DNA of 64,000 nt from contig MFRA01000001.1 in the NCBI GenBank assembly GCA_001783215.1, positions 62,161-126,160 of the forward strand. The letters are read 5' to 3'. The notes under the pieces are model-generated. The model was not told the origin of the DNA and ran no database searches. It saw only the letters and a program-made list of their open reading frames with translations. The position numbers and the translations under genes were made by a program. The stretch comes from Candidatus Magasanikbacteria bacterium RIFOXYD1_FULL_40_23 (GTDB taxonomy: Bacteria; Patescibacteriota; Patescibacteriia; Magasanikbacterales; GWA2-37-8). This document shows positions 18,061 through 27,856 of this stretch, in pieces (position 1 is the first letter of the stretch; every line of letters begins with the position of its first letter).

Positions 18061-18504
18061 ATGACAAAAATTGTTAAGAAAAAAGTAGAGAAAAAAGAAG
18101 AAAAATCTGCCGATAAAGGTGAGATGATTCGTACCGTAGGCCGCCGCAAAAGAGCTGCTGCTCGCGTGCAAATCAAACCAGGTACCGGAGAAATTACCGT
18201 AAATGGTAAGCCTTTGGCTGAATACTTTCCATATTTTGAATGGCAAAATATCGTAAAGGCTCCCCTTGCTGCTACTGGAAAAGAAAAAACTTTTGATGTT
18301 TCTATAAAAATCAATGGTGGCGGCAAAAAAGGCCAAGCTGTTTCTGTACAGTTGGGAATTGCCCGCGCTTTGGTAAAATGGAACGAAGATTTAAAGAAAG
18401 CTTTAAAGACTCAAGGATACCTAACCAGAGATGCTCGTATCAAGGAAAGAAAGAAGCCAGGTTTGAAGAAAGCTCGCAGAGCTCCACAGTGGTCCAAACG
18501 TTAA
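18061..18504 (+). CDS. rpsI: 30S ribosomal protein S9
   Basis: GRRKRA.ARV, LTRDARIKERKKPGLKKARRAPQWSKR. Confidence 0.98.
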   Translation: MTKIVKKKVEKKEEKSADKGEMIRTVGRRKRAAARVQIKPGTGEITVNGKPLAEYFPYFEWQNIVKAPLAATGKEKTFDVSIKINGGGKKGQAVSVQLGIARALVKWNEDLKKALKTQGYLTRDARIKERKKPGLKKARRAPQWSKR

Positions 18505-18521
18505 TACAAATTTTATTTCAG

Positions 18522-18546
18522 AAAAGCTCCGATTCGGGGCTTTTTT
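18522..18546 (+). terminator. Rho-independent terminator after rpsI
   Basis: aaaagctccg-att-cggggcttttt. Confidence 0.8.
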
Positions 18547-18614
18547 GTTTAGTTTGCTTTTTATATTTTTTATTGTTATACTCGGGTCAAGTTAATTAAA
18601 AAATTTAGTAATTT

Positions 18615-19556
18615 ATGAGTAAAATAAAGTTGGCGTTTATTATTTTAATCAGCATACTTTTTGGAGCGGGGATTATCTTGGCAGGTTTTTGGTTTTTGTC
18701 CGGTAAGTTGTTTAGTGCTTGGACAGATAAGATTGTAGCTGTTAATCAACAGAGTGTTGTGCAAAGTACTCCCGTACAACCTGGGGATTGTTCTCTTCCT
18801 GTAAGTAAAGATATGGCTTTGTTAGATAAGCATGAAACAGTCAGACAAGCATCGCTCAAATGTACAGCTTTTGAAGAAGAAAAGTTACAATATGATTTTG
18901 ATCCAAAAAACGCTCTTACCTGGGACAATGCTTTTCCATCACGAGAAAACTGGGCAAATAGATTAAAAATTTTTAAAAAAGCTACGAAGGGAATTACGTC
19001 TGCATATTATGTTGAAAAGTACGATTTTACGTTTAGTTTTCCATATGATTGGGATGTTTTGGTGACACCACCTGGATATGATAGAAAGTATAGGATTGTT
19101 TTAAGTAATCCAGGAAATCAGCTGGTTCGTCCTATGGTTATAACAGTTCAAGATTACAACAGTTCATCTGATGTGGCTAGTGAATGGGTCCAGAATGAAT
19201 CTGGTCATACGGTACTGACAAAATTAGGGCTGCTTCAAAAGAAAAAACAGATTGAAAATTCTGTTAAATCTGCTGATGGTTATGGTAAGTTTGTAGTTTT
19301 TGGAAATGATTACAGTACTTCAGAATATCATAATTTTTATCGTCACGCGGAATTCTTTATAGGCAATAATCTAATTACTATTATTCAGCCACTTTCTGTA
19401 ATAGTTCCAGATACTACTGGGTATGGAAAGGAGCAAGAAGAACTGTTATCTAAAATTAATAATGGATCCGTGGATGGTCTGGTTTCTGTCGAAGTTAAAT
19501 TAATTGATTTTATTGCCGCTTTTTTTCGCCAAGATTCTTTGTATCCTGGAGATTAA
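18615..19556 (+). CDS. Hypothetical membrane-anchored protein
   Basis: N-terminal TM helix; 313-aa ORF. Confidence 0.6.
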   Translation: MSKIKLAFIILISILFGAGIILAGFWFLSGKLFSAWTDKIVAVNQQSVVQSTPVQPGDCSLPVSKDMALLDKHETVRQASLKCTAFEEEKLQYDFDPKNALTWDNAFPSRENWANRLKIFKKATKGITSAYYVEKYDFTFSFPYDWDVLVTPPGYDRKYRIVLSNPGNQLVRPMVITVQDYNSSSDVASEWVQNESGHTVLTKLGLLQKKKQIENSVKSADGYGKFVVFGNDYSTSEYHNFYRHAEFFIGNNLITIIQPLSVIVPDTTGYGKEQEELLSKINNGSVDGLVSVEVKLIDFIAAFFRQDSLYPGD

Positions 19557-19621
19557 GCATTCTTTTGGCACTTTCGTTATATCTTGGTATTCTTGTGGTA
19601 TAAATCACTCAAAAAATCAAT

Positions 19622-20344
19622 ATGCGACAAGCCTCCACTCTAATATTTTTATCAGGCTTGCTATTTACCGTTACCGGCTGTGGCAGTGTTGATAATTCTT
19701 CGCAACCTACAACTTCTTCAACTCCTATAACTGTCAACACAAGTACCGTGGTGACTACACCCTCTCCAATTATTGTGCCTACCACTACTATTGCTGTTAC
19801 GTCTACTACGAACACGACAACAGATTCTATCAATTTTTTAAAAAGAATTGAAAATATTAGTAAAGCGTTGAAAGAAAAAGGTATTGCTAATAAGTATAAA
19901 AATATTTCAGAATCAATGGATGTCGGCGCTCGATATGTTTTTACATTTGAAACTTCTTTGTCAGATTATAAATTATTTGTTATGACGCCTGATTTTGCCT
20001 CGGGTGTTGGTGAGGGTGGCCCAACCTCGTTTACTCCTAAGAATATAGATTTTTCTGCGAGTCAAAATGAAATAGTTGCTCAGTTACAAAAACCAGGAGG
20101 GTATAAAGAAAATAATATACAATATTCAAAAAAAGTGACCACCAATCTTTGGATTTTTGGGGACTTTGGGTATGCCGAGCCAAATTACTTTGTGCAAGCA
20201 TTAGCAAAGGATTCTGCTGGCTTCGGGTATTTGCTCCAGGTAGATGTGCCTGATAGTAAATACATAAATCGTGCGGAGGAAGCGTTCCTTGAAGTAAATG
20301 GTAATGCTATTACTCAAAATATATTTTCAACTGTTGTCCGCTAG
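19622..20344 (+). CDS. Putative lipoprotein with Thr-rich linker
   Basis: Lipobox-like VTGC followed by a T/S/P-rich stretch. Confidence 0.65.
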   Translation: MRQASTLIFLSGLLFTVTGCGSVDNSSQPTTSSTPITVNTSTVVTTPSPIIVPTTTIAVTSTTNTTTDSINFLKRIENISKALKEKGIANKYKNISESMDVGARYVFTFETSLSDYKLFVMTPDFASGVGEGGPTSFTPKNIDFSASQNEIVAQLQKPGGYKENNIQYSKKVTTNLWIFGDFGYAEPNYFVQALAKDSAGFGYLLQVDVPDSKYINRAEEAFLEVNGNAITQNIFSTVVR

Positions 20345-20355
20345 GCTTTATTTGC

Positions 20356-20389
20356 ACCCATCCTAGCCTCGGCTTCGGTGGGTCTTTTT
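20356..20389 (+). terminator. Probable terminator
   Basis: accca...tgggt stem followed by T run. Confidence 0.5.
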
Positions 20390-20435
20390 GTTTTGTTGTT
20401 TTTCTCGATTTTATAGGGTAAAATAAGGGGGATAT

Positions 20436-21887
20436 ATGTCCTATACCGTAGCCCAAAATACGTCGTTTCTTACCATTGCCTCTGTCTTGCAGAAGGTAAT
20501 TTCTTTTTTTTATTTTATCTTTGTTGCTCGTATTGTAGGGGTAGAGAACACGGGTGTATATTTCTTTGCTATTAGTTTTACCACTATTTTTACAGTCGTA
20601 GCCGATTTTGGTATGGGGCCGGTGCTCACCCGCGAAGCATCTCGATTTCCAGACAGAACCGAAAGTTATTTTAATACTGTATTTTGGAGCAAAATATTGT
20701 TTGGGCTGTGTGCGTATTTATTAGTAGTTTTATTTGCCAATATTCTTAAATATCCGGAAACTACTAAACTGCTTATCTATATCTCCGGTATCACCATGTT
20801 TTTTGATACGCTCGCTACCGCGTTCAATAGTATTTTTCGCGCCAAGAAAAATCTGATCTATGAATCTATTGGCGTTATTATTTCTCAATTTACCACTTTA
20901 GTTATCGGTACGTTTGCTCTGCTAAACCATTGGCCACTCGTTTGGCTTATTTTGGCTTACACCATCCCAAGTTTTTTTAATTTGTTATATATCAGCGGTT
21001 TCCTCAAAAAAGTATACGGCGTCGGTGTGCGTTTTGTTTGGAATTCATCCGTATTTAAAATTTTCTTTATTACGGCTTTACCGTTTGCGCTCGCTGGAAT
21101 TATCGGTCGATTATATTCATATAGCGACTCACTCCTTATGTCCAAAATTCTTACTGCCAAAGAGTTGGGTTGGTGGAGCGTGCCATACAAAATCACCTTT
21201 GCTTTTCAGTTTATACCGGTTGCGCTCTCTGCCAGTGTCTACCCGGTCTTTAGTAGCCTGTTTTTGACCGATAAAATGGCTGTAGGAGCGTTATTCGAGA
21301 AATCATGGCGTTATCTGTTCGCCATCATTTTCCCTGTGTCTTTTGGCCTTATAGCGGTCGCAGAGCCGGTTATCAAACGGGTGTTTGGTGCCGAATATAT
21401 ACCTTCTATTATTCCGTTGCGTATTCTGCTAATCAGTCTTATTTTCGGCTTTTTGTCGTTTATTACTGGTGCGCTCCTTAATGCTATAAACAAACAAAAA
21501 ACTCAAACCAGTCTAATGGCTTTGGCGCTTACAGTTAGTATTGTTTTAAATCTAATCCTGTTGCCTGTACTAAAAATAACCGGAGCAGCCATCTCGGCTC
21601 TAGTAAGTAATTTTATTCTTTGTATGGTTGGTTTTTATCTATCTACCAAACAGGTAAATATAAATTTAAAAAATATTATCAAATATTTAAACCAAACTTT
21701 GTGGCCAGCGCTAATTATGGGTGCAGTGGTATATGGCCTATCTTTCAAAATTCATTATCTAGTTACGATTGTTATCGGTGGTGTTATTTATCTCGGCTTG
21801 CTGTACTATAATAAAGTTATAGATAAAGCAATGGTATTAAGTATAATAGAAAAAGTAAGAATGAAAAAAACTCAACCAACTGTATAA
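20436..21887 (+). CDS. Polysaccharide flippase (Wzx/MOP family)
   Basis: About 14 TM segments; VAQNT, ADFG..LTRE, YSYSDSLLMS. Confidence 0.88.
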   Translation: MSYTVAQNTSFLTIASVLQKVISFFYFIFVARIVGVENTGVYFFAISFTTIFTVVADFGMGPVLTREASRFPDRTESYFNTVFWSKILFGLCAYLLVVLFANILKYPETTKLLIYISGITMFFDTLATAFNSIFRAKKNLIYESIGVIISQFTTLVIGTFALLNHWPLVWLILAYTIPSFFNLLYISGFLKKVYGVGVRFVWNSSVFKIFFITALPFALAGIIGRLYSYSDSLLMSKILTAKELGWWSVPYKITFAFQFIPVALSASVYPVFSSLFLTDKMAVGALFEKSWRYLFAIIFPVSFGLIAVAEPVIKRVFGAEYIPSIIPLRILLISLIFGFLSFITGALLNAINKQKTQTSLMALALTVSIVLNLILLPVLKITGAAISALVSNFILCMVGFYLSTKQVNINLKNIIKYLNQTLWPALIMGAVVYGLSFKIHYLVTIVIGGVIYLGLLYYNKVIDKAMVLSIIEKVRMKKTQPTV

Positions 21888-21898
21888 ACTAATTTTGT

Positions 21899-23011
21899 AT
21901 GAAAACCCTAATCATCACCCTAGAATATCCACCTCAAATCGGAGGTATCGCATCATATACATACAACCTAGCCAAAAACATGTCTCCAGAAGATGTAATT
22001 GTTTATGCTCCCAAAATGTTAGGGGATACCGATATAGACAAGAAAAATCCTTGGAAAGTAATTCGCACCAAGCCGTTTTTTGCATTCTTTTGGCCCCGCT
22101 GGATCAAAATGCTTTGGCAAGTTTGGAACCTGGTAAAACAAGAAAACATTGGTCAAATTTATGTGCATCATACTTTGCCAGCCGGCTACGTGGCATATTT
22201 GATAAAGAAATTTAAACGCGTTCCATATACGGTATTTTTTCATGGCACAGATTTGGCTTTGGGATTAAAAAATAAAAAGAGAAAATTAAAACAAGTTTGC
22301 TCAAGTGCAGAAAAAATTATTGTAAATAGTATTTATCTAAAAAATCAATTCTTAAACCATTTCGAAGATTTGGAAGCCAAGATGGTCGTTATCTATCCTT
22401 GCCCAGATAAAATATTTTTGGATAGAGCTCCAGAAGCGGAGCTCAAAAAAATGAAATCACAATTGGCTCTAGAGGGTAAAAAGGTAATAGTTACGGTGGC
22501 GCGCATGAGTGAAGGCAAAGGTTATCCGCACCTTATTCGCTTACTTCCAAAAATTTTGGAGAAAGTACCAAATTTGGTTTGGCTTATGATAGGGGATGGT
22601 CCAAAAAAAGACGAAATTATAGCAGCTATCCAAAAGAATTATTTACAAAATGTTACTCGTTTTATTGGGTTTGTACCATATACCGAATTGCCAAAGTATT
22701 ATCAAATTTCCGATGCGTTTGTATTGTTAACCCACCCAGACGAAGCGTCTGGCCAAGAAGCCTGGGGCACTTCGTTTATAGAAGCCGCTGCTTCTGGTTT
22801 GCCCGCTGTGGCTGGGCGTTCTGGTGGTGTAGAAGAAGCTGTACAAAATTTGGTTACCGGTTTGATAGTAGATGTATATCAAGACCAAAGTATCGTATCA
22901 GCAGTTTCTGATTTACTGCGAGAAACAGAATATGCCAAAAAGATGGGAGAAGCAGGCAGGCAGAGAGTATTGAGTGAATTTACTTGGGAGAAACAGCTGC
23001 AGAAGCTTTAG
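21899..23011 (+). CDS. Glycosyltransferase family 4
   Basis: YPPQIGGI, VAR...KG, EAWGTSFIEAAASGLP, GGVEEAV. Confidence 0.92.
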   Translation: MKTLIITLEYPPQIGGIASYTYNLAKNMSPEDVIVYAPKMLGDTDIDKKNPWKVIRTKPFFAFFWPRWIKMLWQVWNLVKQENIGQIYVHHTLPAGYVAYLIKKFKRVPYTVFFHGTDLALGLKNKKRKLKQVCSSAEKIIVNSIYLKNQFLNHFEDLEAKMVVIYPCPDKIFLDRAPEAELKKMKSQLALEGKKVIVTVARMSEGKGYPHLIRLLPKILEKVPNLVWLMIGDGPKKDEIIAAIQKNYLQNVTRFIGFVPYTELPKYYQISDAFVLLTHPDEASGQEAWGTSFIEAAASGLPAVAGRSGGVEEAVQNLVTGLIVDVYQDQSIVSAVSDLLRETEYAKKMGEAGRQRVLSEFTWEKQLQKL

Positions 23012-23021
23012 TGATTATTGT

Positions 23022-23537
23022 ATGGAAAAAGAAATTATCAATGAGAAACTAAAAAAAGAGATTCTTTTAATGGTTGAGGATGATCAAAAAATGAGAAGTG
23101 GTGATCAGTGGAATTCAGAGATTGATAGGTTAAATACTGAAAGAATAAAAATAATTATTTCACAATATGGGTGGCCAGGAAAATCACTTGTAGGTGAGGA
23201 GGGGGCAAATGGGGTGTGGCTTTTGGTGCAGCACGCTGATCATGATGTGGAATTTCAGAAACATGCCTTAAAATTCTTGCAAGAAGCAGTTGCTAATGAA
23301 GAGGCAGAAAAAAGCAATGAAGCCTACCTGGTAGATAGAATAAAAGTCAATACAGGCCAGCCGCAACTTTTTGGAACACAATTTTATGAAGATGAAAAAG
23401 GACAATTTGGTCCGCGACCAATTGAAGATCCAGAAAATGTTGAAGAAAGAAGGCGAATATTCGGTCTAGAACCTTTCTCGGAGTATCAGCAGCTAATGGA
23501 GCGCAAGCATACGGAACTTAAAAATAAAGAAAAATAG
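23022..23537 (+). CDS. DUF6624-like protein
   Basis: DQKMR, YGWPGKSLVGEEG, LLVQHAD, AYLVDR, QLFGTQ. Confidence 0.7.
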   Translation: MEKEIINEKLKKEILLMVEDDQKMRSGDQWNSEIDRLNTERIKIIISQYGWPGKSLVGEEGANGVWLLVQHADHDVEFQKHALKFLQEAVANEEAEKSNEAYLVDRIKVNTGQPQLFGTQFYEDEKGQFGPRPIEDPENVEERRRIFGLEPFSEYQQLMERKHTELKNKEK

Positions 23538-23561
23538 AATAATAAATTTTAGGAGTTAATT

Positions 23562-24287
23562 ATGCAACCACTCATTAGTGTAATCATTCCAGTCTACAAC
23601 CACGCTCACACCCTAAAAACTTCTATAGAAGGTATTTTTCGTCAAACCTACAGACCGCTAGAAGTGATAGTGGTAGACGACGGCAGTACAGATAATTTTG
23701 AAGAAGCGGTAAAGGAGTGTCTGGCTCTAACAGAAAAAGAATGTATTGGCGAAGGTAGTTTATTATCTGTAATTTCTCAACCAAACGCCGGTGCGCCAGC
23801 TGCGCGTAACCGCGGTTTTGCAGCTTCCAAAGGCGAGTATGTTATATTTTGGGATGCAGATACAATATCCGATCCAAACATGCTGCAAAAAATGTATAAA
23901 GCTTTGCAAAACAACCCACAAGCCGTCTATGCCTATAGTCAATTTAAATTTGGTTGGAAAACATTCAAGAGCCAAGAATTTAATTCAGAAAAATTAAAAC
24001 AAATAAATTATATAGATGTCACTTCGCTTATTCGCCGTAAAGATTTTGTTGGCTTTGATGAAAAAATAAAACGTTTCCAAGATTGGGATTTGTGGCTTAG
24101 TATGTTGGAGCAGGGGAAGATAGGCGTTTTTGTGCCAGAAGTTTTGTATAAAAAAATTGTTGCAGGCAGAGTAGGTATAAGCAATTGGCTGCCAAGTTTT
24201 TTTTATAAGTTACCATGGAAGAGTAAGCAGGTACAAAAGTACGACGATGCCAAAGAAATTATTGTAAAAAAACATAAACTAGTATAA
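23562..24287 (+). CDS. Glycosyltransferase family 2
   Basis: SVIIPVYN, VVDDGSTD, ARNRG, DAD, QDWDLW. Confidence 0.93.
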   Translation: MQPLISVIIPVYNHAHTLKTSIEGIFRQTYRPLEVIVVDDGSTDNFEEAVKECLALTEKECIGEGSLLSVISQPNAGAPAARNRGFAASKGEYVIFWDADTISDPNMLQKMYKALQNNPQAVYAYSQFKFGWKTFKSQEFNSEKLKQINYIDVTSLIRRKDFVGFDEKIKRFQDWDLWLSMLEQGKIGVFVPEVLYKKIVAGRVGISNWLPSFFYKLPWKSKQVQKYDDAKEIIVKKHKLV

Positions 24288-24295
24288 AAGTTTTT

Positions 24296-24835
24296 ATGGT
24301 TTCAGAAGAAAAAAATTATGCATACATAGACGGTGCAAATTTGCATAAAGGTGTACAAGACACTGGGTGGATTTTAGATTATAAAAAATTTCGTATTTGG
24401 CTAAAGGAAAAGTACGGAGTAGTACAAGCCTATGTATTTATTGGCTTTATTTCAAAAAATAAAGATCTGTATACGTATCTTCAAGAATGCGGATTTGTTT
24501 TGGTTTATAAAGATATTACTTACGGGAGTAATGGCTCTATAAAAGGAAATTGTGATGCTGATTTAGTATTACGCGTAACACGAGATGCCTATGAAAATAA
24601 TTGTGAAAAAGCTGTATTAGTTTCAAGTGATGGGGATTATGCGGGATTGGTTAAATTTCTTCAAGAAAAAGATAAGTTTAGGGCAATTCTCTCGCCTTCT
24701 TTACCAGAAAAATGCTCTATTTTGTTAAAAAGAACCGACGCTACGATATCCTACTTAATTGATCAAAAAGGCACTTTGGGTATAAAAGAAAAAGCCCCCG
24801 GTAAGGACGAAACCTTACAGGGGTCTTTTTCGTAG
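24296..24835 (+). CDS. NYN (LabA/DUF88, PIN-like) domain nuclease
   Basis: YIDGANL, KGNCDADL, LVSSDGDY acidic catalytic motifs. Confidence 0.88.
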   Translation: MVSEEKNYAYIDGANLHKGVQDTGWILDYKKFRIWLKEKYGVVQAYVFIGFISKNKDLYTYLQECGFVLVYKDITYGSNGSIKGNCDADLVLRVTRDAYENNCEKAVLVSSDGDYAGLVKFLQEKDKFRAILSPSLPEKCSILLKRTDATISYLIDQKGTLGIKEKAPGKDETLQGSFS

Positions 24836-24840
24836 TAATT
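24783..24840 (-). ncRNA. Candidate ~57-nt antisense RNA overlapping the NYN 3' end
   Basis: Minus-strand TTGACA-17-TATATT at 24847-24875; hairpin 24788-24831 followed by a U run on the - strand. Confidence 0.5.
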
Positions 24841-24910
24841 ACCTGTAATATACTTGAATTTTTGACAAATGTCAATAGTTATCCCCAAATAAATTAACTT
24901 TATAAAATAT

Positions 24911-25258
24911 ATGCCAAGCCTAGAAGAATTACAGAAAAAAATAATTGCGTTTCGCGACGCACGCGACTGGAAACAGTTCCATACACCAAAAGACTTGGCC
25001 ATCGGGTTATTGCTAGAAGCCGGAGAAGTGGCCGAGCATTTTCATTGGAAAAATGAAGAAGATTTAAAAGAATATATAAAAACCCACAAAGAAGAAATCG
25101 GCGACGAAATGGGCGATGTGTTGAATTACCTACTCATTATGGCCAATGATTTTGGCATAGATTTGGCCGATGCGACAGATAAAAAAATAGATAAAAATGC
25201 GCAGAAGTATCCGGTGGAGAAGTCTAGGGGGAGGAGTGCGAAGTATACGGAGTTGTAA
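24911..25258 (+). CDS. MazG-like nucleotide pyrophosphohydrolase
   Basis: RDWKQFHTPKDLA, EAGEV.E, DEMGDV, KNAQKYP. Confidence 0.9.
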   Translation: MPSLEELQKKIIAFRDARDWKQFHTPKDLAIGLLLEAGEVAEHFHWKNEEDLKEYIKTHKEEIGDEMGDVLNYLLIMANDFGIDLADATDKKIDKNAQKYPVEKSRGRSAKYTEL

Positions 25259-25273
25259 ATTAATAATTTTAAT

Positions 25274-25999
25274 ATGGATAATCAGTCTTTAAAATCTAAA
25301 GAATCTAACGTGGGTCTAGTCAAAAAAGTGTTTGAGTACACTTCATATTTTTTTGGCGCAGCCTTTCTTTGTGGATTTCTCGTATGGAATGTTTATCTAT
25401 ATGGTTTAGGTTTTAAAGAAGATGATATTCTTCAAATCCGTTTTATTTTTACCGGAATATGTTTTCTTATTATTAGTACACCAGTTATCGTTTTATCGGT
25501 ATATATAAATAAAAAAATAAATCCAAAAAATATTTTTTGGAAATTTTTTCGTGATTATGTTTGCGTTCTGCTCATTGTAATTTATTTAATTTCTTATATT
25601 TCTTTTTTGTTTGCTAGAATCCCCATTGCGTTAGGTGGTGGGAGGCCAAGAGGGTTGGCTATTATAACTGATACGACTAATTTAGATTTTTTATCTAAGT
25701 TTGGTATTCCTAAGGGTGAAAGTAGCGAAACTCAAACTGCAAATATATGTATCGCTTATGAAAATGAAAAAATAATAGTAATTTTGTTAGGCGATAGAGT
25801 TATGCAGATTAAAAAAGAAGGTTTTCTAGGGTTTGTTAGTTTGCCGGGGGATTCTGTAAGTCTTAATAGAGAATGTTCTCAAGTAGCAAACTTTTGGATA
25901 AAAAGATCTTTTATGTTTGAATTTATGACAGACCAAAAAATAAAGGATAAAATTTTATCAGAGGAGTCATTAAATGATAATGATGTATGTTCGGGCTAA
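25274..25999 (+). CDS. Hypothetical membrane protein
   Basis: Three TM segments; very AT-rich. Confidence 0.55.
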   Translation: MDNQSLKSKESNVGLVKKVFEYTSYFFGAAFLCGFLVWNVYLYGLGFKEDDILQIRFIFTGICFLIISTPVIVLSVYINKKINPKNIFWKFFRDYVCVLLIVIYLISYISFLFARIPIALGGGRPRGLAIITDTTNLDFLSKFGIPKGESSETQTANICIAYENEKIIVILLGDRVMQIKKEGFLGFVSLPGDSVSLNRECSQVANFWIKRSFMFEFMTDQKIKDKILSEESLNDNDVCSG

Positions 26000-26613
26000 C
26001 AAAACAAGAACTAAAAATATTTAAAAAACTTTCTACTCCCATAAAAATCCAAGATTTTTTGGATGCCATGCCGGTGAATTGGGAGAGGAAAGGGGAGACT
26101 TACATGTCTCCGCGCCGGGTGTTAAGGTCGAAAAAAATGCATTGTTTTGAAGGTGCACTTTTTGCAGCCGCAGCTCTTTGGCTAAACGGCGAACAGCCAC
26201 TGCTAATGGATTTTCAGAACAAAGGCGACGAAGACCACGTGGTTGCTTTGTATAAACGCAACGGTTATTGGGGCGCAATAAGTAAAACAAATCATTCTAC
26301 ATTGCGCTATCGCGATCCGGTATACAAAACTATTCGCGAATTGGCAATGTCTTACTTCCACGAATATTGGAATAATAAAAACGGCAAAAAAACTTTATTT
26401 GCCTACTCTACGAAACCGTTTGATCTCCGCAAATATGGAAAAAAATGGATAACATCTGAAGAAGATTTATATGATTTTGTGCAAGATGTAGACGATGCAC
26501 CCCATACACAAGTTATTCCGAAAAAGAATTCCAAGTTTCTTCGTCTAGCAGATTCTATGGAAAGACGAGTGGGTAAAATTATTGAGTGGAAAAAAATAGA
26601 TCCGAGAACTTAA
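25987..26613 (+). CDS. Conserved hypothetical protein, transglutaminase-like Cys/His motif
   Basis: SPRRVL...HCFEGALFAA, DHVVALY, WGAISKTN, LAMSYF. Confidence 0.6.
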   Translation: MFGLTKQELKIFKKLSTPIKIQDFLDAMPVNWERKGETYMSPRRVLRSKKMHCFEGALFAAAALWLNGEQPLLMDFQNKGDEDHVVALYKRNGYWGAISKTNHSTLRYRDPVYKTIRELAMSYFHEYWNNKNGKKTLFAYSTKPFDLRKYGKKWITSEEDLYDFVQDVDDAPHTQVIPKKNSKFLRLADSMERRVGKIIEWKKIDPRT

Positions 26614-26628
26614 GAATTAATTATTCAG

Positions 26629-26702
26629 TTGTCATTCTGAGCAATGCGAAGAATCCCTCTTTTTCAAACGAAAGGGATCCTTCACCCCGTTCAGGATGAC
26701 AA
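26629..26702. repeat. TGTCA...TGACA palindromic REP-like repeat
   Basis: tgtcattctgagc..gaagaatccc..gggatccttc..ttcaggatgaca; near-identical to 48520-48592. Confidence 0.85.
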
Positions 26703-26774
26703 TGAGTCGGTATGACAGTGTGTAGTGTTTGGTTGTATAATTGTAAATAGGTTTAACTCATTTAATCTATTTGT

Positions 26775-27065
26775 ATGCAAGTAAAACAGCTAAAAGCAGA
26801 AGTTGGATCTGGAAAGGACATTATGATTGTGGATGTGCGAGAGCATGACGAGTACGAAAAAGGCGAAAAAATGGACGAGGCTACCAATATACCGATGGGT
26901 CAGATGTTTATTGAAGCTTCGCAAGGAAGATTGCCAAAAGATAAAAAAATTATCACGGTTTGTAAAAGCGGAACCAGATGTCAGATTGTGGCTAAAGAGC
27001 TGAAAGAAAAAGGATACGACATTGAATTTTTAGAAGGTGGAATGGATGCTTGGAAAGGAGAATAA
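26775..27065 (+). CDS. Rhodanese-like protein
   Basis: IVDVRE..EY, CKSGTR active loop, LEGGMDAW. Confidence 0.88.
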   Translation: MQVKQLKAEVGSGKDIMIVDVREHDEYEKGEKMDEATNIPMGQMFIEASQGRLPKDKKIITVCKSGTRCQIVAKELKEKGYDIEFLEGGMDAWKGE

Positions 27066-27077
27066 TAAATTGTATTA

Positions 27078-27476
27078 GTGTTTGTGCAAATTCCTGAGAA
27101 TGAACTAGTCGTTACCTTTGCCAGATCATCTGGAGCCGGTGGGCAAAATGTAAATAAAACCTCTACCAAAGTTTTTGTACATTGGTCGGTAGGGAAGTCT
27201 TTTGTGTTGTCTGAAGAAGAAAAAAATAGAGTGCGAACCAAATTGGCCAATAGAATAAATAATGAAGATGAGCTTGTAATAGCTTCCGAAGAGGAGCGAT
27301 CGCAATTGCAAAATAGGGAATCGGCTGTAACTAGATTGCAAGAGTTGGTAAACGAGGCGTTGTATGTGCCAAAAGTGCGCAGGGCAACTAGGCCAACCAG
27401 ATCTTCTAAATTAAAACGTCTTGAATCAAAAAAGATACGATCGCAGATAAAAACTGCCAGAAAAAGTTTGGAATAA
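27078..27476 (+). CDS. arfB: Alternative ribosome rescue factor ArfB (YaeJ)
   Basis: RSSGAGGQNVNKTSTKV, RSQLQNR, RRATRPT basic tail. Confidence 0.92.
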   Translation: MFVQIPENELVVTFARSSGAGGQNVNKTSTKVFVHWSVGKSFVLSEEEKNRVRTKLANRINNEDELVIASEEERSQLQNRESAVTRLQELVNEALYVPKVRRATRPTRSSKLKRLESKKIRSQIKTARKSLE

Positions 27477-27477
27477 T

Positions 27478-27726
27478 ATGTATTATTTATACATCCTGGA
27501 ATGTGCGGACAAAAGCCTGTATACTGGTATAACGGTAGATTTGGAGCGTAGGGTAATTGAACATAATACTTCGAAGATAGGGGCTAAATATACCAGAGCC
27601 AGACGGCCGGTAAAATTGGTTTACCAAAAAAGATTTCGGAATCGGTCCAATGCTTCTAAGGCTGAGGCTAAAGTAAAAGGGTTGAGTAGAGAAGAAAAAT
27701 TGGAATTAATTAATCAAGTCGTATAG
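27478..27726 (+). CDS. GIY-YIG nuclease (UPF0213/YhbQ-like)
   Basis: YLYILECAD.SLYTGIT.DLERR..EHN, GAKYTRARRPV. Confidence 0.92.
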   Translation: MYYLYILECADKSLYTGITVDLERRVIEHNTSKIGAKYTRARRPVKLVYQKRFRNRSNASKAEAKVKGLSREEKLELINQVV

Positions 27727-27728
27727 GC

Positions 27729-27830
27729 TGTCATCCCGACTAAAGTGGAGGGATCCCTTAAACATAGTAAGTTCTAGTAACTAAGTGTAAGGGATTCCTC
27801 GACTTCGCTACAGCTCCGCTCGGAATGACA
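27729..27830. repeat. TGTCA...TGACA palindromic repeat
   Basis: tgtcatcccgac...gggatccc / gggattcctcg...ctcggaatgaca. Confidence 0.75.
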
Positions 27831-27856
27831 ATCGACAGTGTATTTAACTAAATGTT

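Noticed and set aside
24799-24815. Hammerhead ribozyme (ggacgaaac)
   Set aside because: No CUGAnGA core at a compatible position upstream
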